Part shown: piece after piece, positions 63,296-64,000 of the stretch
Layout of the letters: the number at the start of each line of letters is the position of its first letter
Position numbering within the stretch: the stretch's first letter is position 1
Assembly: GCA_038496445.1 (NCBI GenBank)
Contig: JALMLS010000030.1
Span: forward strand, 136,516-200,515
Length of the DNA stretch: 64,000 nt
Source of the DNA: Trichosphaerium sp. ATCC 40318
Taxonomy: Eukaryota; Protista; Tubulinea
Direction of reading: 5' to 3'
Made by a program: the position numbers and the translations under genes
Notes under the pieces: generated by a model
Seen by the model: the letters and a program-made list of their open reading frames with translations, nothing else
Database searches by the model: none
What the model was told of the DNA's origin: nothing

Positions 63296-63534
63296 CTATA
63301 AGAGTACAGCAAGTCAAAAAAAAAAAACCAACTGTTGTATAAACGAAAGAAAACTTCTGTATTTTTTTTAGCTTATCACGTGTTTATTTTACCTTCTCAC
63401 AAAGTCAAGAATAGCCTGGATTCATTCAAGCGCTAACTTTACTTTTGAAACTCTGACACTAATATCTCAGAGCGTATCAACGCCTGTAACGTACTACGTG
63501 TTTAGAAGGTACCTTTACAGGCAAGTTATTATTG

Positions 63535-64000
63535 CTACATTACGCTGCATTTCTTTTTATCGGACGGTAGTGTATTTTGTATAATATCTCTTTGTCTTTT
63601 CTTTAGTATCCCATGGATACAAATAGCACGGCACAAATTATCAACATTAAAACCAGTCGTAGAACTATTTTTGGTAAAGAAAGGTTAGAATTCAAAACTA
63701 TTTTAGTGTTCATCAACTCACCTTATCTCAAAAAACATAGCTCCTTTTCTTTTAGCTATTACAATACCTTCTTCAAAGCTTACTTCTCTATCTTTACTCC
63801 TATCCACATTATTCCTAAAGCAAAGGTCAACAGTGTGATAGCAACTTCAAAAAATCAAAATTAGAATTTGTTGAAGTGCCTATTCTCGGCGATCATGTAA
63901 GTGCTCAGTCACTTAATGTTGACCTCCAAAAAAGTTTACACGTACCCCACTACAATGTAAAGACAATTTGGCTCTGCTTTATGCTTCATTGCTAAGTTGT
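63535..64000 (-). CDS. Ras/Rab-superfamily small GTPase, 3' part (5' end beyond window)
   Basis: YIVVG|NNVD...REVSFEEG..IAKEKELCF(F)EI|SSTTGFNVDNL...KKKCSVM* (CaaX); requires one extra T in the homopolymer at 63730-63735. Confidence 0.7.

Noticed and set aside
1-64000. Prokaryotic operon, CRISPR array or defence island
   Set aside because: Genes are split by spliceosomal introns and are eukaryotic families; no regularly spaced repeat-spacer array is visible
1-64000. Non-standard genetic code (stop-codon reassignment)
   Set aside because: In the conserved genes I spliced (cyclophilin, actin, ERI1, DOMON/b561), in-frame stops fall inside introns and the standard code gives intact proteins

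Overview
AT-rich eukaryotic genomic DNA with many short introns (mostly 40-150 nt). It is most likely amoebozoan, an inference from the Roco kinase, Grl-like class C GPCRs, the Clu-domain paralog and the DWY-repeat protein. I reconstructed the genes by hand-splicing, so most entries in the ORF track are single exons or antisense noise. About 22 genes or gene fragments are visible: Clu/TPR protein, Tom22, NCS-type EF-hand protein, DWY-repeat protein, two MORN-variant proteins, two inverted copies of a secreted RTX-like beta-roll protein, Roc-COR-kinase-ankyrin-PARP-like protein, HIG1-like protein, PhyH-like dioxygenase, four apparently intact class C GPCRs plus one broken copy, divergent actin, cyclophilin, NBR1-like protein, ERI1-like nuclease with a Gag-type knuckle, DOMON/cytochrome b561 and a partial small GTPase. 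Three observations stand out. (1) The region looks like a surface-recognition diversification hotspot: inverted gene duplicates whose introns stay near-identical while putative ligand-facing codons are replaced, and an ectodomain/7TM chimeric GPCR. (2) An LRR-less Roco kinase ends in a PARP-like domain with substituted catalytic residues. (3) Non-coding signals include a U12-type intron, GC-AG and GAG splice sites, strong CACGTG enrichment, a 143-bp solo-LTR-like insertion and an unexplained structured RNA candidate. No database searches were run; family calls come from motif recognition.
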